Shown: in pieces, positions 51,675 through 64,000 of the stretch | How the letters are laid out: the number at the start of each line of letters is the position of its first letter | Position numbering within the stretch: position 1 is the stretch's first letter | Assembly: GCF_006345805.1 (NCBI RefSeq) | Contig: NC_042999.1 | Coordinates: forward strand, 97,898,001 to 97,962,000 | Length of the DNA stretch: 64,000 bases | Source of the DNA: Octopus sinensis | Taxonomy: Eukaryota | Direction: 5' to 3' | Translations under genes and position numbers: made by a program | Notes under the pieces: model-generated | What the model was told of the DNA's origin: nothing | The model's database searches: none | What the model saw: the letters and a program-made list of their open reading frames with translations, nothing else

Positions 51675-54600
51675 GCATACATACATACATACATACATAT
51701 ATACATACATACATATATGCATACATACATACATACATACATATATACATACATACATATATGCATACATACATACATACATACATATATACATACTTCC
51801 ATATACATATATGCATACTTCTATATACATACATACATACATACATACATACATGCATACATACATACATACATACACACATATATACACACATATATAC
51901 ATACATATATACATACTTCCATATACATACATACATACATACATCCATCCATACATACATACATACATACATGCATACATACATACATATATACATACTT
52001 CCATATACATACATATATACATATATATTTACACTCATTCATACATGTATGCATACGTACAAACATAACGTATATACATAAATGCATACTTACGTGCATA
52101 CATCCATCCATACTCAGATGCAGACATGCTTGCATACATACATATATAAATACATATATATGCATAGATAGACACATACATACATGCATAAAAACAAGTA
52201 CATACGCCTTTCTCTTCCTTAAAGGCACACACAGACGGGCATACATACACACAGCATACAGACGAACACCCATGTATACATACACTCATTCTGTCTCTAG
52301 CCCTTATGCATACACATGCGCGCGTGTACTTACGTACATACATGCGCAAAAGAAGACGCATGTATACTCATATTCACCGAATGTCTCTAGCTCCTGCACA
52401 TATACATACATACACACTCACACACTATTCCTTTTTCTTACACACACGCACGCACGTACATAGACACATGCCCGCATACACGTACACACAAACGCAGATG
52501 AACACTATGCACACACACAGACACTTTATATCTCTAGCTCTTGCACATACACATATACACACACGCTTACACACACATACCATACACTCATACATACATA
52601 CATACATTTCCTATTTCTCAAATAGATATACACACACATATATACACATACACACTCCCTGTGTTCCTTACACACACGTACGCACATACACACACATACA
52701 CGCACATATTCACACACACACACACACACATATACACACATACACATTTACACATAAGCGGCTTGAATCAGTTCCTTTGATCGTGTTTACTGTGTCAAAA
52801 GTATTGATAATGTTCTAAAGCATTATCGATCCATCAATAACCACGCTTACTACTCCACATCCACCGCTCCCCACCGCCCTCATCGGACAGCTACCACCGC
52901 TCCCTCGCCCCCATCCTTATCACCCCCTAGCCATCAGCCAATCACCCAATCAACCGGCCCCACCCATCCCAATGTGCTACTAATCACGGCCAGATCGATG
53001 TTTATTTCACAGCTAACGCCATTTACTTAAAGCTCAACAGCCAAGAGAGATTATCTGAAATGTTATGGAGAAGCACAGGAGGGTAGTTAGCTCTAATGAC
53101 AGAATGGCGTGCGTATGTGTGTGTGAGGTGATGCTCGCGAGTGCGCGCGCGCGTGCGTGTGTATGTATGGGTGTATAGATGTGTCGGTGTGTAGAGTGTG
53201 TTTGTATTTGTGTTTGTAGATGTGGGTGTACGTACGTAGATATGTACGCGCTTGTTAGTGTTGGAGAGTATGTTCGCATATACGAATATGGGTTTGTGTA
53301 TGTTTGTTTGTATGTGCGTGTGTGTGTGTGTGTGTCTGCGTGTAGATCTGTTTATGTGTGTGTAGTGTGTGTTGTGTGCGTGCGTGCGTGTGTGCGAGTA
53401 TGTGAATTTGTATCTGTACATATGTGTGCATGTTAGTATTTATGTACGTGCTTGTTCGTGTTGAAGAGTATGTTCGTATATAAGATATGTGAGTCTATAT
53501 GTTTGTTTGTTTGTATGTGTGTATGTGTGTGTTTGTATGTGTGTGTGTATGTGTGTAGCTACGTGTGTATGTGTGTGTAGGTACGTCTGTGTGTAGTGTG
53601 TGTGTGTGTGTGTGTGTTTATATCTGTGTTTGTAGCTGTGGCTGTATGTTCGTTGATATGTACGTGCTTGTTCGAGTTGAAGAGTGTGTTCGCATATAAG
53701 ATGTGTTCATCTGTTTGTTTGTGTGTGCGTTCGTTTATGTGTATGCGTTTGTTTATGTGTCTGTGTGTAGTGTATTTGTATATATGTGTTTATGGATGTG
53801 GATGTATTTTCGTAGACGCGTATGTGCTTGTTCGTGTAGAGGAATATGTGTGCATTTAAGAAATACGTGTTTATTTGTATCCGTAGAATGTGTGTGTGTG
53901 TGCGCGTGTGTGCGTGTGTGTAGCATGCTTAACTCTGTGTGTGTGTGTGTGGGTGTGTGTGTGTATGTGTGTGTATCCATAGTGTGCGAGCATATTTGCG
54001 TTTGTAGGCGTAGTTGTATGTTTGTAGATGTGTATGTGCTTGTTTGTGTAGAAGATTATGTCTGCATATAAGTCGATATGTGTGTTTATTTTGTATGCAT
54101 GTGTGGATGTCTGTGGGTGTGTGTGTTTGCGTCGAGGTGTGTGTGTGTGTGTGTTTGTCTATGGATGTATGTGTATATGTGTCTCTATAAATGTACATGT
54201 GTGGACGTATATTTGAGTATGTGTGTGTATGCGCATTTCTCTGTAGATATGCTTTTATATCAGTAGATTTGTGTATATGTGTGTTTATTTGTGTAAATAT
54301 GTGCGTATGTGTTTGTAGACGTGTGTGAATGTGTGTAGATGTGTGCACGTATTTGTATATGTGTGTGTAAGTGTGCAGATGTGTGTATGTCTTTCTTTGT
54401 AAATGTGTGTGTGTGTGTGCATAGATGTGTGACTGTATTTGTATATGTGTATGTGCAGTGCGTAGATGTGCGTATATGTTTGAATATGTGTGTGTATGTG
54501 CCTAGATGTGTGTACATCAGTGTATACGAGTGTATTCTTGTATGTATAGATGTATGTATATCTATGTAGAGGTGTATACGTGTATGTCTGCACTGGGCTG

Positions 54601-54898
54601 TGTGCGTGTATGTGTATATGCTTCTGTAGATGTATGATGTATGTAAATTTGCATGTGTACGTTTGTAGATGTATTTGTGTATCCGTAGATGTGGGTAGAT
54701 GAGTGCATGTGTTAATATAGAGATGTGTATGCATGTGTGTGTGTGTGTGTATCTGCAGATGTGTATGTGTATCTGTATTTCTCTATGTGTATACTGTGAT
54801 GTGTCAGAACGTGTGTATTACTATGTGTAACGTATTTGTAACTAGTTAGCAATACTGACGTAATAGCGTGAGTGTGTGTCGGTGTGTTTGCATAAATA

Positions 54899-54936
<38 letters not shown>

Positions 54937-55140
54937 CGTGCGTGTGTGTATGATGTGTGACGTATAATCTCTATATATAGACGGTGTGTATCACGTGAGT
55001 GTTTTTATGCGGAGTAGTCAGCAATATCGAGAGGGGTGTGACAGTTTGTGCGTGTGAGTGTGTGGTGTGTGTGTGTGTGCGTGTGCATGTGTGTGTGCCT
55101 GTGTGTGTCTGTAACTGTGTCAGTTGTGTATGTCATTCTG
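48480..55140. repeat. About 6.5-kb domain of alternating purine-pyrimidine simple and decayed repeats (TA, TATG/CATA, CA, TG)
   Basis: Directly visible; includes (TATG)n 49925-50510 and (CATA)n 51627-52050; source of the longest spurious ORFs. Confidence 0.92.
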
Positions 55141-55679
55141 TGTATGGCAGTATCGCAGTCAGTGCGGTATATAGGTGATTACTTTTTGTTGTTTTTAGCC
55201 CCAGTTCAACCCTAATTGAGCAGATCCATGATCAAAGTCGTTCCATCGGTGTCCACCTAATCTTCTAGATATATATTATGCAATGTGTCTCTCCTTGTTT
55301 AAGACTGTAATTTGCGGTGGCGTGTTGACAACTATTTCTAGCATGTCTAATGACCATGTAGAAGCTTCCAGTTTGGTTCGGAAATTTGGTAGTCATCTCC
55401 ATTAAGAGCTGTGGGTGCGTGGGATGTCTTGAGATCGATCCTTTTAAGTCATCAAATGCTGCAGATTCCGGGCTTAAACGCCAGCGACACTTAATAGCAG
55501 TGAAATGACAGAATCATTAGAAAAACCTGTGGTGTTTCTTCTGGATCTCTATGCTTTGGGTTCAAATTTCGCCGATGGCAATTTTGCCTTTCACCCTTTC
55601 GGAGTCGATAAAACAAAGCATAAAATTCCAGATGTTGGATTGACGGAATTGTGAAAGCAACTGATTAGATCCTTTGAGG

Positions 55680-55978
55680 CAGCCATTCCCAACCTTTTTT
55701 ACATTATAAATCGGTTTCATGCATGAAAATTTTCCCATGGACCGGGGTATCACTAACATAACAAAATACAATAAACAGTATGAAATATAATTTAATTATT
55801 ACATATATAGCACAATTATAATGCAGAATCACCCTGCAGAGATCGATAGTCAATAAAATAGAAATAAAATCAAAAAAGTTATTCTTTCTGTGCAGCCTGG
55901 TATCAAATGATCTACGATCCAGTACTGGTCCTCGGCCCAGTATTAGCCTGCGGCCCGGTACTGGCTCGTGGCCCTTGA
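55680..55978. mobile_element. hAT MER1-like MITE relic
   Basis: Left CAGCCATTCCCAACCTTTTT...CCATGGACCGGGG; right GCGGCCCGGTACTGGCTCGTGGCCC; right TIR and TSD not resolved. Confidence 0.65.
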
Positions 55979-56312
55979 GGGATTTGTTCTGGTTCTTTGC
56001 GTTCTAAGCATATTTGGTGGAAGATTTAAATCGTTTCCCAGCTTAACACTACTACGTGGTTTTTCGGGTGCTTTAGATGGATATTCACTCTGTTGCAAGC
56101 ATTTGGGTCAAGCTCTCTTCTTTGAGGATAATATCTCATCATACACCCAGTATCGGAAGCTCCTGGAGAACAAAAAAACAATTGAAAGTCAAGGATATTC
56201 TTCTTCCTTTCTTGACTAAGCATACATATGTATGTATGTATGCATGTATGTATGTATGTATGTATGTATGTATGTATGTATGTATGTATGTATGTATTAT
56301 GTATATATATAT

Positions 56313-56693
56313 GTGGAGGCGCAATGGCCCAGTGGTTAGGGCAGCAGACTCGCGGTCATACGATCGCGGTTTCGATTCCCAGACCGGGCGTTGTGAGTGT
56401 TTATTGAGCGAAAACACCTAAAAGCTCCACGAGGCTCCGGCAGGGGATGGTGGTGATCCCTGGTGTACTCTTTCACCACAACTTTCTCTCACTCTTACTT
56501 CCTGTTTCTGTTGTACCTGTATTTCAAGGGGCCGGCCTTGTCACTCTCTGTGTCACGCTGAATATCCCCGAGAACTACGTTAAGGGTACACGTGTCTGTG
56601 GAGTGCTCAGCCACTTACACGTTCACGAGCAGGCTGTTCCGTTGATTCGGATCAACCGGAACCCTCATCGTCGTAACCGACGGAGTGCTTCCC
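56313..56693 (+). mobile_element. tRNA-derived SINE family F, full length
   Basis: A box TGGCCCAGTGG and B box GGTTTCGATTCCC followed by a non-tRNA body; TA/TATG flanks. Confidence 0.9.
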
Positions 56694-56699
56694 ATATAT

Positions 56700-56748
<49 letters not shown>

Positions 56749-56817
56749 TATATATATATTATATATTGTATATGTATATATTATATGTGTGGTGTGTGTG
56801 TGTGTGTGTGTGTGTTT

Positions 56818-56860
<43 letters not shown>

Positions 56861-56869
56861 TATTCTGTG

Positions 56870-57110
56870 TGCGTGGCCTAGTGTTTAGGGGGTGGTCACA
56901 TTCTCGGACTGGGCGATGCATTGTGGTCTTGTGTAAAACACTCCATTTCATGTTGCTCTGCAATCATTTCACTATCTGACGTGTGGCACACCATACACCT
57001 GTTCAGGTAATGTCGATTTGATGGAGGGAGCGAGCTTGTCTACAACACAAACATTTGATCACAATAAGCAGTTCATCTGTGCAAGTTGTTCAGCAAGGAA
57101 TTTGGGAATC
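56870..57110 (+). mobile_element. SINE family E
   Basis: TGGCCTAGTG head; homologous to 57683-57935. Confidence 0.8.
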
Positions 57111-57682
57111 CTCATCAGTCATTAAAGGCAGGAGAATTCGCAATATATATGCGTGTGTCTGTCTTCCTCCACTGCTTTACAACTTGTGTGGGTTTGTTTA
57201 CGTCTCCGTAACTTATTGCTTCGGCGAAAAGTACAAGATAGAATAAATAAGTACAAGACATAAAAATAAGTACTCGGGTTAATTTGTTCGATTAAACCGA
57301 CCAAGGCAGTACCCCTGCATAATCGCAGTCCAATGACTGAAACTTGTCAACGAGAGAGAAATGCTTTATTTTATATAACTATTTGATATCAGGGAAATTT
57401 TAAGAAATTGGCTACGATAGATTATCGTCCAATCCACGAGGAAGATATTCTTCTCTTTATTACATAATGTAACAGAAACGTGAGTTATTTAATATTGGCT
57501 CTTCTGTTAATGTTTCCTTCCCTACACTGCAAGCTCAATTCTTTCTAATTTACCCATCCCTACATGCTTTGATAAGGATTCAGCCAAAATTTTGCTCTTC
57601 GCACCACTGAGCGACACTTAAGTAATCAAAAAACAGTTAAATGCTTATTACATTAAGTAGGACTTAACTAATGGAAAAGTGA

Positions 57683-57935
57683 GGGCACATGGCCTAGAGG
57701 TTATAGGTTTGCACTTCCGATCGCGAGAAGTTCCTGGACCAGGTGATGCGTTGTGTTCTGGAGCAAAACATTTCATCTCACGTTGGTCTGTGATCACTTC
57801 GACACCTGACATGTGGTACACTCTGTACTTTATTCAGGAAACGTTGATTTGATGGCGAGAGTGAGCTAATGTGCAGTACAAGCATTTGATCACAATAAAC
57901 AAATAATTTGTGAAGGTTGTTCAGTAAGAAATTGC
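57683..57935 (+). mobile_element. SINE family E
   Basis: GGGCACATGGCCTAGAGG head; shared body ...CATTTGATCACAATAA...GTTGTTCAG. Confidence 0.8.
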
Positions 57936-58662
57936 AGAACAGTTTTTCTCAGACTACGAGAGACTGCCATCATCGGCATTGCAGATGGAGTCCTGAAGTA
58001 ATTTCCCTCGGTTATTATGTTATGATTTTACGCCAACACATGTACATTATTGTACATCAAAATAGGTTTTCTCTGTTTACTTGTCTGGCAAGTTCGGAAA
58101 AATATATGACTCGCTGGAAAGGTCTAATAAGACCGAGACATGTCTTGTGTTGTTACCGTGCTTGCGAAAGAGAAGATTGGGTGCTACTGTTCTCTCACAG
58201 CACGCGTAAATCTAATTTTAATTAAATAAGAATACAGAGTTGTCACTTGCACCTGTTTTTTTAAGCTTAAGAACTGATTGATCTATAGTTTCCTTCTTGG
58301 TAATGCTGAGAGTTTTAATGTTTTAATTAATTAAAGTTGTCGTGTTCTCTACTTTAAATATCTTAGCGCTGACTTTACTGTTCTAAAAGGACAAAGGAGA
58401 TCGATATGCTTAATGCTCGGTTTGAACTTCTATAGACCAACGCTTTTAGAAAAAAAGGATAAAAAATGGGGTAGAGAGCCATTGAGGGAGGCTATATGTA
58501 ACCACTCTATTTTCTAGAAACATCAGTCAAATCTCCTTCAAATCATACCCTTCTGTCTTAAATAAAGAAGGACAGATTGGATAATGTTGTTTCTGAAGAC
58601 AGAATGATTTTAACTGGAACGTTATTGACCATATTGTTAGATCATGACTGACTTTACGCTAA

Positions 58663-58714
<52 letters not shown>

Positions 58715-59283
58715 GGATTAAAAATAATTGAAGAGAAGCAATGAGGTAGTCCTGACGTAGTCTCTTGCAAATTCTTACAGTTCCATTTTCGATTTTCCAT
58801 GTGGTACCCTTTCATTTTTACACTTGAGTTGCTCTATTGAGAGTAAAATGTCTTCGCAATAGACCCAGTAAAGTGACGCCATCAGGATACAGGCCACTGG
58901 ATCCACTATCAACTTGCATAGGTCAACCAATCAATTTGCAGTTCAATTTGCTGATCAATTTGCAAATATAATTTACTGATCGGATATGTGTCCTTAGACA
59001 CTGGAAAAATAATCTGTCATATCATTTTGCTTGTCACGACATGTGTTCAAGTGTAACACTTTTAATAATCTCCACTGTGGAACGAACTCAAAGACATAAT
59101 CGAAATCGTTAACAATATTACGGAAATCTATAGATTTAGGCATCGAAATAAATGCAAGATTATTTATAAACTGTAGAAATTCCATGGGTCTCGCTAGTAT
59201 AAACAAAGACTTAGTTACGATAAATTCAAAAGGGATTTCTGGAAAAGATCTAAAGTTATACGTTAGCCAAATTAATAAGTGAA

Positions 59284-60070
59284 CGAGGGGGTACCCAAAA
59301 GAAGCCGGAATTTTGCAGTATTATTTTATTCGTTTAGTTTTGCATGTTGACATTTTCATCGCCTTCAAAGTGTCCAGACGCATTTTCCACTATTCAAAGC
59401 AGTCCTTGAACTCTTGTGAAGTGATGCCTTTTATTGCCTCCGTCGTTTTTTCTTCTTGACTTCTTACACATCCTTTAAGGACTGTTTTCATTCGGAGGAA
59501 CAACAATAAGGAGGTTAGGTAAGCGGGGTCATGCGATATTTGGTCAAAAACTGTCTTACACTGAAAGCGGTGTGCGCAGGCTCATTGTCGCAATGAAACC
59601 ATCACTCTCCACTTTGCCACAGGTCAGGACGTTTTCCTCTCACCGCATCTCGCAAACACTTCAGAACTGCTAAGTAAAATGTCTGGTTAACAGTTTGATC
59701 AGGAGGAACAAATTCCGTGGGCAATTTCTTTAACATCGACTTCACTTGACGCGCTTTTTGGGGGCATAGTGACATTGAATGCTTCCATTGGCTTGATTGT
59801 TGCTTTGTTTCCGCCGTTTTCCCTAGCAGAAAAAAACAATTTCACGGAAGCACACTATTTCTTCGTTTCAGCCGTCTCAAAATTTGACGAGCAGTGAAGA
59901 AGCACTGCAAAACAAAAACGCACCGCGTAGCAGTACGACTCTTCCCAACGACGCCCGTCGACAGACTGTTGCCAGAGGGTCGCACCGAATGGCCTCTGGC
60001 GGCAGAAGCCTGAACTACATCAGGCTTGTCCCACGGAGAACGTTTCCGGTTACTTTTGGGTATCACCTCG
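59284..60070 (-). mobile_element. mariner DD34D relic with both TIRs, internally deleted
   Basis: EFVPPDQTVNQTFYLAVLKCLRDAVRGKRPDLWQ...FHCDNEPAHTA; TIRs CGAGGGGGTACCCAAAAGAAGCCGG (59284-59308) and the reverse complement at 60046-60070. Confidence 0.92.
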
Positions 60071-60827
60071 CAAGCCATACATAATATGGTGAGCCGAAAA
60101 TACTTCTTTATTAATTGAAATTTTAACTGTAATGAAAAGAAGAAAATTACTCCAAAAAAGGGCAAGCGAAAGAATGTCCAAAATTTCAGTTGACCAAAAC
60201 TCTAATGGAAATGTAAAATGAGGAACGAGTCTGGTCTTTGGTAGCTAATGTGACTATACTGGCGTTCCGCGATATAATATGGCCATCTCAACGAAGCATA
60301 GTCATTCCACTTATAGCAACCAACACCCCAAAACGACTTAAAGATAAAATTTATTGGTGTAAAGACAATCCCTAGATTAGGTGAATTAGAATAAACGTCT
60401 TGTCTAAGGAATATAACATATCATTGAAAGTGGAAGATGCAAATCCCAAATCAATGTAGGAACTTCGAAGGACGTCCCACTATTTTTTCAACCATGACAA
60501 GTCTTCACATGATGACTACGGTAACAATATACAACTAAAATAATAAAAAATATAAAGAACAAAAACAAGCTCAAGGAGACATTAACACTCAGGTCTTTGA
60601 GAAAATGTTATTCGGGGAAAACGAAGTTTCTTTCGAGCGCCCTTCTCAGAGGTGAACGGGTAGGGAGATAGGTAAAGGTATGAAGGGCAAAATTTCCTCT
60701 GGCCAGGCACGTCTATTATTTAATGTAATTGTGGGTACCAAAAGTGTATATTTGCCTCTGGGCACTGAGAACCCTTGCTGTGCCTCTGCCCTTCCCTTTT
60801 GTAAATACTAGTCGTTAATATATGTAA

Positions 60828-61169
60828 AGGCAAATAGCTCAGTGGTTAGAGCGTCGAGCTTACGATCGTGAGATTGTGAGCTCGAATCCCGGACCGGGCT
60901 GCGTGTTGTGTTCTTGAGCAAGACACTTTATTACACGTTGCTCCAGTTCACTCGTTCACTCAGCTGTAGAAATGAGTTGCGACGTCACAGGTGTCAAGCT
61001 GCATCAGCCTTTGCCTTTCCCTTGGATAACACTGGTGGTGTAGAGAGGGGAGGCTGGTATGCATGGGCGACTGCTGGTCTTCCATAAACAACCTTGCCCG
61101 GACTTGTGCCTGGGAGGGTAACTTTCTAGGTGCAATCCCATGGTCTATGTCGTGACCGAAGAGGGTCTC
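60828..61169 (+). mobile_element. tRNA-derived SINE family G
   Basis: TAGCTCAGTGGTTAGAGC...GCTCGAATCCC head, then TTCTTGAGCAAGACACTTTA central domain and a non-tRNA tail. Confidence 0.88.
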
Positions 61170-61534
61170 AGAATATATGTACTTGGGGGAATCAGAAAGT
61201 AATGTAATTTTTTAATTGAATTAATTTTTGATATGTTCCTACACACGAGGAGTAAGTCAAAAAGCCATGCAAATAAAAACAGCATTACTTTCTGACCCAT
61301 GCTCGTAAATATTCTCTGAGATCCTAGAAAACCATCGGGGACAGGATATGATGTACTCCTCGCACCCACTTCCCATAGGGTTCACCATCCAAATGTCGTC
61401 TAAGAAATATGAAGTACATGTTAGAGAAAGTGGTCATAGATAATTCTGTACTTGAATAGAAGAGGGGTTGGTCACGGCTGGAACCCATGTCAGATTTGAT
61501 CGAGCTGAAACTCAGAGGACAAAGCTAACACCAA

Positions 61535-61688
61535 CCCTAAGAATGACAACACAACACCACCAGCACAAGCATCAACATCATTAACACCACCAGCACTAAG
61601 ACCATCGCCACTTCCATCAACTCCTACCTCTACAAACACCACCAGAAACACCACCACCACCACCACCACACCACCACACCACCACCAC

Positions 61689-61740
<52 letters not shown>

Positions 61741-61790
61741 CCACCACCATCACCAGTACTAACTACTAGCCACTACTAACATCACCGCCG

Positions 61791-61831
<41 letters not shown>

Positions 61832-61846
61832 ACCACCACCACCACC

Positions 61847-61878
<32 letters not shown>

Positions 61879-61900
61879 CAACAACAACAACGCAAAGGAA
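61535..61900. repeat. Mixed ACC/AAC/CCG trinucleotide block
   Basis: Directly visible. Confidence 0.93.
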
Positions 61901-62415
61901 AACATATCCGAGAACAACACCAGGATTAACGTCACTAAACAATAGAGACGCCATGCTATGTTATTTGTATTGATAAACCATAAAACGGAAATATTACCTG
62001 ACCTCTAGAGGTCATAGTAGGCGAAACTAACAATCATCTCCCCAGACAGTGGAATTAATAAACAACAACAATATATATTCATTTAACGCATATATAGATT
62101 CATACCTACGCAACATACATACATACACACATACATACACACATTCCATTCATACATATATATATGTATATATACGAAGATCATGCAGTCTGATATGTGT
62201 GTGTGTGCGTGTGTGTGTGCGTGCGCGCGTGTGTGTGTGCGTATGTGTGTGCGTGTGTGTGTGCGTGTGTATGTGTATGTAATATGTGTGTGTGTATGTA
62301 TATCTATATGGATAAGTTTACATTCACACATATACATACGCCTATACGGACACAAATACACTCTCAGTTTGCGAGCGAAATCCGTATATTAAAATATGTA
62401 AATATGTGTGTGTGG

Positions 62416-62419
<4 letters not shown>

Positions 62420-62448
<29 letters not shown>

Positions 62449-62560
62449 TGTATGTATGTATGTATGTATGTATGTATGTATGTATGTATGTGTGCATGTA
62501 TGCATGTATGTATGTATGTATGTATGTATGTATGTATGTATGTATGTATGTATGTATGCA
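62420..62560. repeat. (TATG)n microsatellite
   Basis: Directly visible. Confidence 0.96.
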
Positions 62561-64000
62561 TTTGGGTGATGTGTACACAAACATAATTGAAATTGTATGA
62601 AACCAGGCGTATCGTATTAACAGAAGCAGTTTATTTAGTAAATACGAACGCATATACAGACATATTTGTATTTATCATCTGAGAGATCTGTTGCCTTGTG
62701 GGTTGTTATGGTATCATTGACGTACTACTGGTCATTACGCAGTGATACTAAGGATTGCTGTTGCTTTTTTAGCCCCAGGTCATCTCTGTTCTATGACAAA
62801 CTGCCATGACCACCTCATCGTTTCGTATATCTAGGTTACTGTTAGTAAACCGTATTAGCCCTGTTATTTCGAGATTTAATTTCTTTAATAATCCTGTTAT
62901 TAGAGTGTCAATATTATATAGGGCCGTATTTTAGATTTAGGTAAATACCTATACATAAGCTTTTTATGACATGATATTGAAGGGGAATATTTGTTGCCGA
63001 AACTCATTGCACATCACCTAAAATCTCACGGCGCATCACTGCTGACACTAACCATCACTAACCTAAGGGACCACGTCGTGCAACTGGTCCTCCTTTTTGT
63101 AAGACAGTAGTGTGGTTTGATTTAAGGGAAATTTTACCTGTTATTTCTAGCATTTCAGGCGACCACATAAAGCGCCTTTCGTTGGCAAGATTACACATGC
63201 AGATCTGTGGTATTGGGCAGAATATTTGCTGTAACGATGTTTCTGCATCAACAACTCAGCGCTGAATCTGTCTGAAATATAATGAAAATAGGTCAGTTTC
63301 GAAATATTGATGTCCAGGTTACAAAAGCAAAGCTTGAAGGGAATAGTAGTCATTTCCTTTGATTTCTAGATAGAAGCAAATAAGAAATAACACTTACTGA
63401 ACAAAGACACACACACAAAAAAAAGAAAAGAAAAGAAAAGGAAATAAAAATATTGTTGCATAGTGTTATCATCTGCCCGTGACTGACACAGCCGATCGTT
63501 AGGGTGCCATACCCGATTCTCTCTCTGGTAGTCAGCACCTGCTACTGGTCCCTGTTCTTCGTCATATGCAGAAGTGTTGCGGTGTTGAGACCTGTCTGGC
63601 TCTCGAAATTGCGGCAGCAGCATTTTCTTTCCTTTTTTATTTTTTGGCCTTCCTTCAATTGTTCAGAATAGTTTTGGAGAGGGAGCCGTGGTATAGCTGT
63701 GGTGCTTGTACACCCAATCCACACAAACCAGAAGCAGGACTCAATAGAAACTATAGTGACCTGCCTCACGGTTAAGTCGATGAGTTTGGATAGTTCTGTA
63801 TTGTATACCGAGGAGGGAAGAGAAATACGACGTTTCGAGAAAAAAAAACTGCTTCATTTGAGAGAGAAAAGTGAAAAAAATTCTGAGGCGCAGAGCCAAT
63901 TCTGAAACGTGATATTTCCTTTCTTCTCAGGTCATATCAGCTTATTTAAACACGCGAACTTAACTGTGGTACCAATATACAACTACTTTGACTGATCTCT

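Noticed and set aside
49576-52463. Long ORFs of 200-330 aa (MYVC/HTYI/THTH repeats), and similar ORFs throughout the window
   Set aside because: They are translations of TATG, CA and TA microsatellites, which lack stops in several frames. No domain content.
56313-56390. tRNA genes at SINE heads (also 60828-60900, 15370-15435)
   Set aside because: A and B boxes are present but acceptor stems do not close, and each continues into a repeated SINE body.
60620-60655. Further hammerhead-like words (also 63825-63865 minus and 46765-46815 plus)
   Set aside because: A GAAA(C) and partial stem II are present, but the core is broken and no stem I can be formed.
63480-63670. GPCR TM3-like peptide (SLFFVICRSVAVLRPVW) on plus
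   Set aside because: Lacks the acidic residue of the DRY/ERC motif, has no other helices or splice support, and competing frames are equally open.

Overview
Eukaryotic, AT-rich, non-coding DNA saturated with microsatellites ((TA)n, (CA)n, (TATG)n, (CTAT)n, (GA)n, (ATT)n, mixed ACC/AAC/CCG triplets) and with layered transposon relics. The SINE families and repeat make-up look like an octopod cephalopod genome (inference from memory, not searched). I found no intact host gene. Nearly all ORFs in the supplied track are translated simple repeats or antisense/shifted frames of TE relics. Recognisable protein-coding relics: two maT/DD37D, one pogo/Tigger, one Tc1 and two mariner transposases, plus R4/Dong-type (RLE), RTE, CR1 and L1/Tx1-type LINE 3' fragments. 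Most interesting observations: (1) short Penelope-like elements in (TA)n tracts carry minimal type I hammerhead-ribozyme folds with covarying stems, and one copy stops at the predicted cleavage site; (2) a Tx1-type LINE sits in a (CTAT)n tract and shares its 3' terminus with one tail type of a tRNA-SINE, and that SINE forms a four-unit multimer bounded by a perfect 17-bp target-site duplication; (3) a frameshifted homeobox-like relic at 31.6-31.8 kb; (4) an old unexplained ~345-bp tandem duplication at 42.9-43.5 kb. All alignments were made by eye and boundaries are approximate unless stated. Family labels A, B, D, E, F, G are my own working names.
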